Below, piece by piece: positions 34,002-34,183 of a stretch of 34,183 nucleotides of DNA. The translations under genes and the position numbers were made by a program. Under the pieces are notes generated by a model, which saw only the letters and a list, made by a program, of their open reading frames with translations, was not told where the DNA came from and made no database searches. Source of the stretch: Deferrisomatales bacterium (GTDB lineage Bacteria > Desulfobacterota > Deferrisomatia > Deferrisomatales > JACRMM01); assembly GCA_033551855.1 (NCBI GenBank), contig JAWSUI010000042.1, positions 1 to 34,183 of the forward strand, read 5' to 3'. Every line of letters begins with the position of its first letter. The stretch's first letter is position 1.

Positions 34002-34130
34002 GGGCGGCGGCGGCGAAGCTCCGGAGGGAGCTTCGAAGTGCCCAGGACGCGACGACGCAAAGAGGACGAGCCGGTCGCGTTCGACGAGAGGATCCTGGGC
34101 GGCAGCGAATTCGTGCGGGAGGTCCTCATG
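34002..34130 (+). pseudogene. Internal relic of a further RAYT
   Basis: GGG/RRSSGG...RRRKEDEPVAFDERILGGSEFVREVL versus GGGLRRSGG...RRRDAEERQAYDERILGGGEFVETL of the intact RAYT. Confidence 0.75.
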
Positions 34131-34183
34131 AGAGCGATCTCGCTCTCTGAGGGAGGTCTTTCCTCAGTTTTCGAGGGGCGCCG

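Noticed and set aside
1..34183. CRISPR array, cas genes, tRNA or rRNA
   Set aside because: No regularly spaced 25-45-bp repeats with unique spacers and no recognisable structural RNA gene

Overview
A very GC-rich bacterial chromosome segment. The gene set (sigma-32-like rpoH, an MglA-like GTPase, a c-type cytochrome lipoprotein) suggests a Deltaproteobacteria-like host; this is inference. Positions 1-20.9 kb are an ordinary housekeeping block: FAD oxidoreductase, rpoH, xseA, degenerate MglA paralogue, pcm, moeA-mobB, TonB-domain protein, aminotransferases, DUF1178, PIN-PhoH, tsaD-rsmA-thrB, lipoate ligase, DEAD helicase, Ca/Na antiporter and osmC. Its intergenic spaces carry two families of structured repeats. 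All three clear copies of one family end 16-17 nt upstream of a predicted sigma70 -35 box. Positions ~21.0-34.2 kb form an accessory island. It holds one intact REP-associated HuH tyrosine transposase (RAYT-like) and three partial copies, nested direct duplications, and a recurring GGGGAC(G/A)TTGC junction motif. It also holds about seven toxin-antitoxin(-like) modules, intact or decayed (HigBA x2, DUF4258/YgiT, MNT-HEPN, DUF433-PIN, HicBA, NTase pair), fragments of other defence genes, an AAA+ ATPase, and a large MalT-like/BTAD regulator next to the fragmented relic of a divergent paralogue. Several island genes have their own promoter with a predicted leaderless start. All family assignments come from motif recognition by eye; no database search was run.
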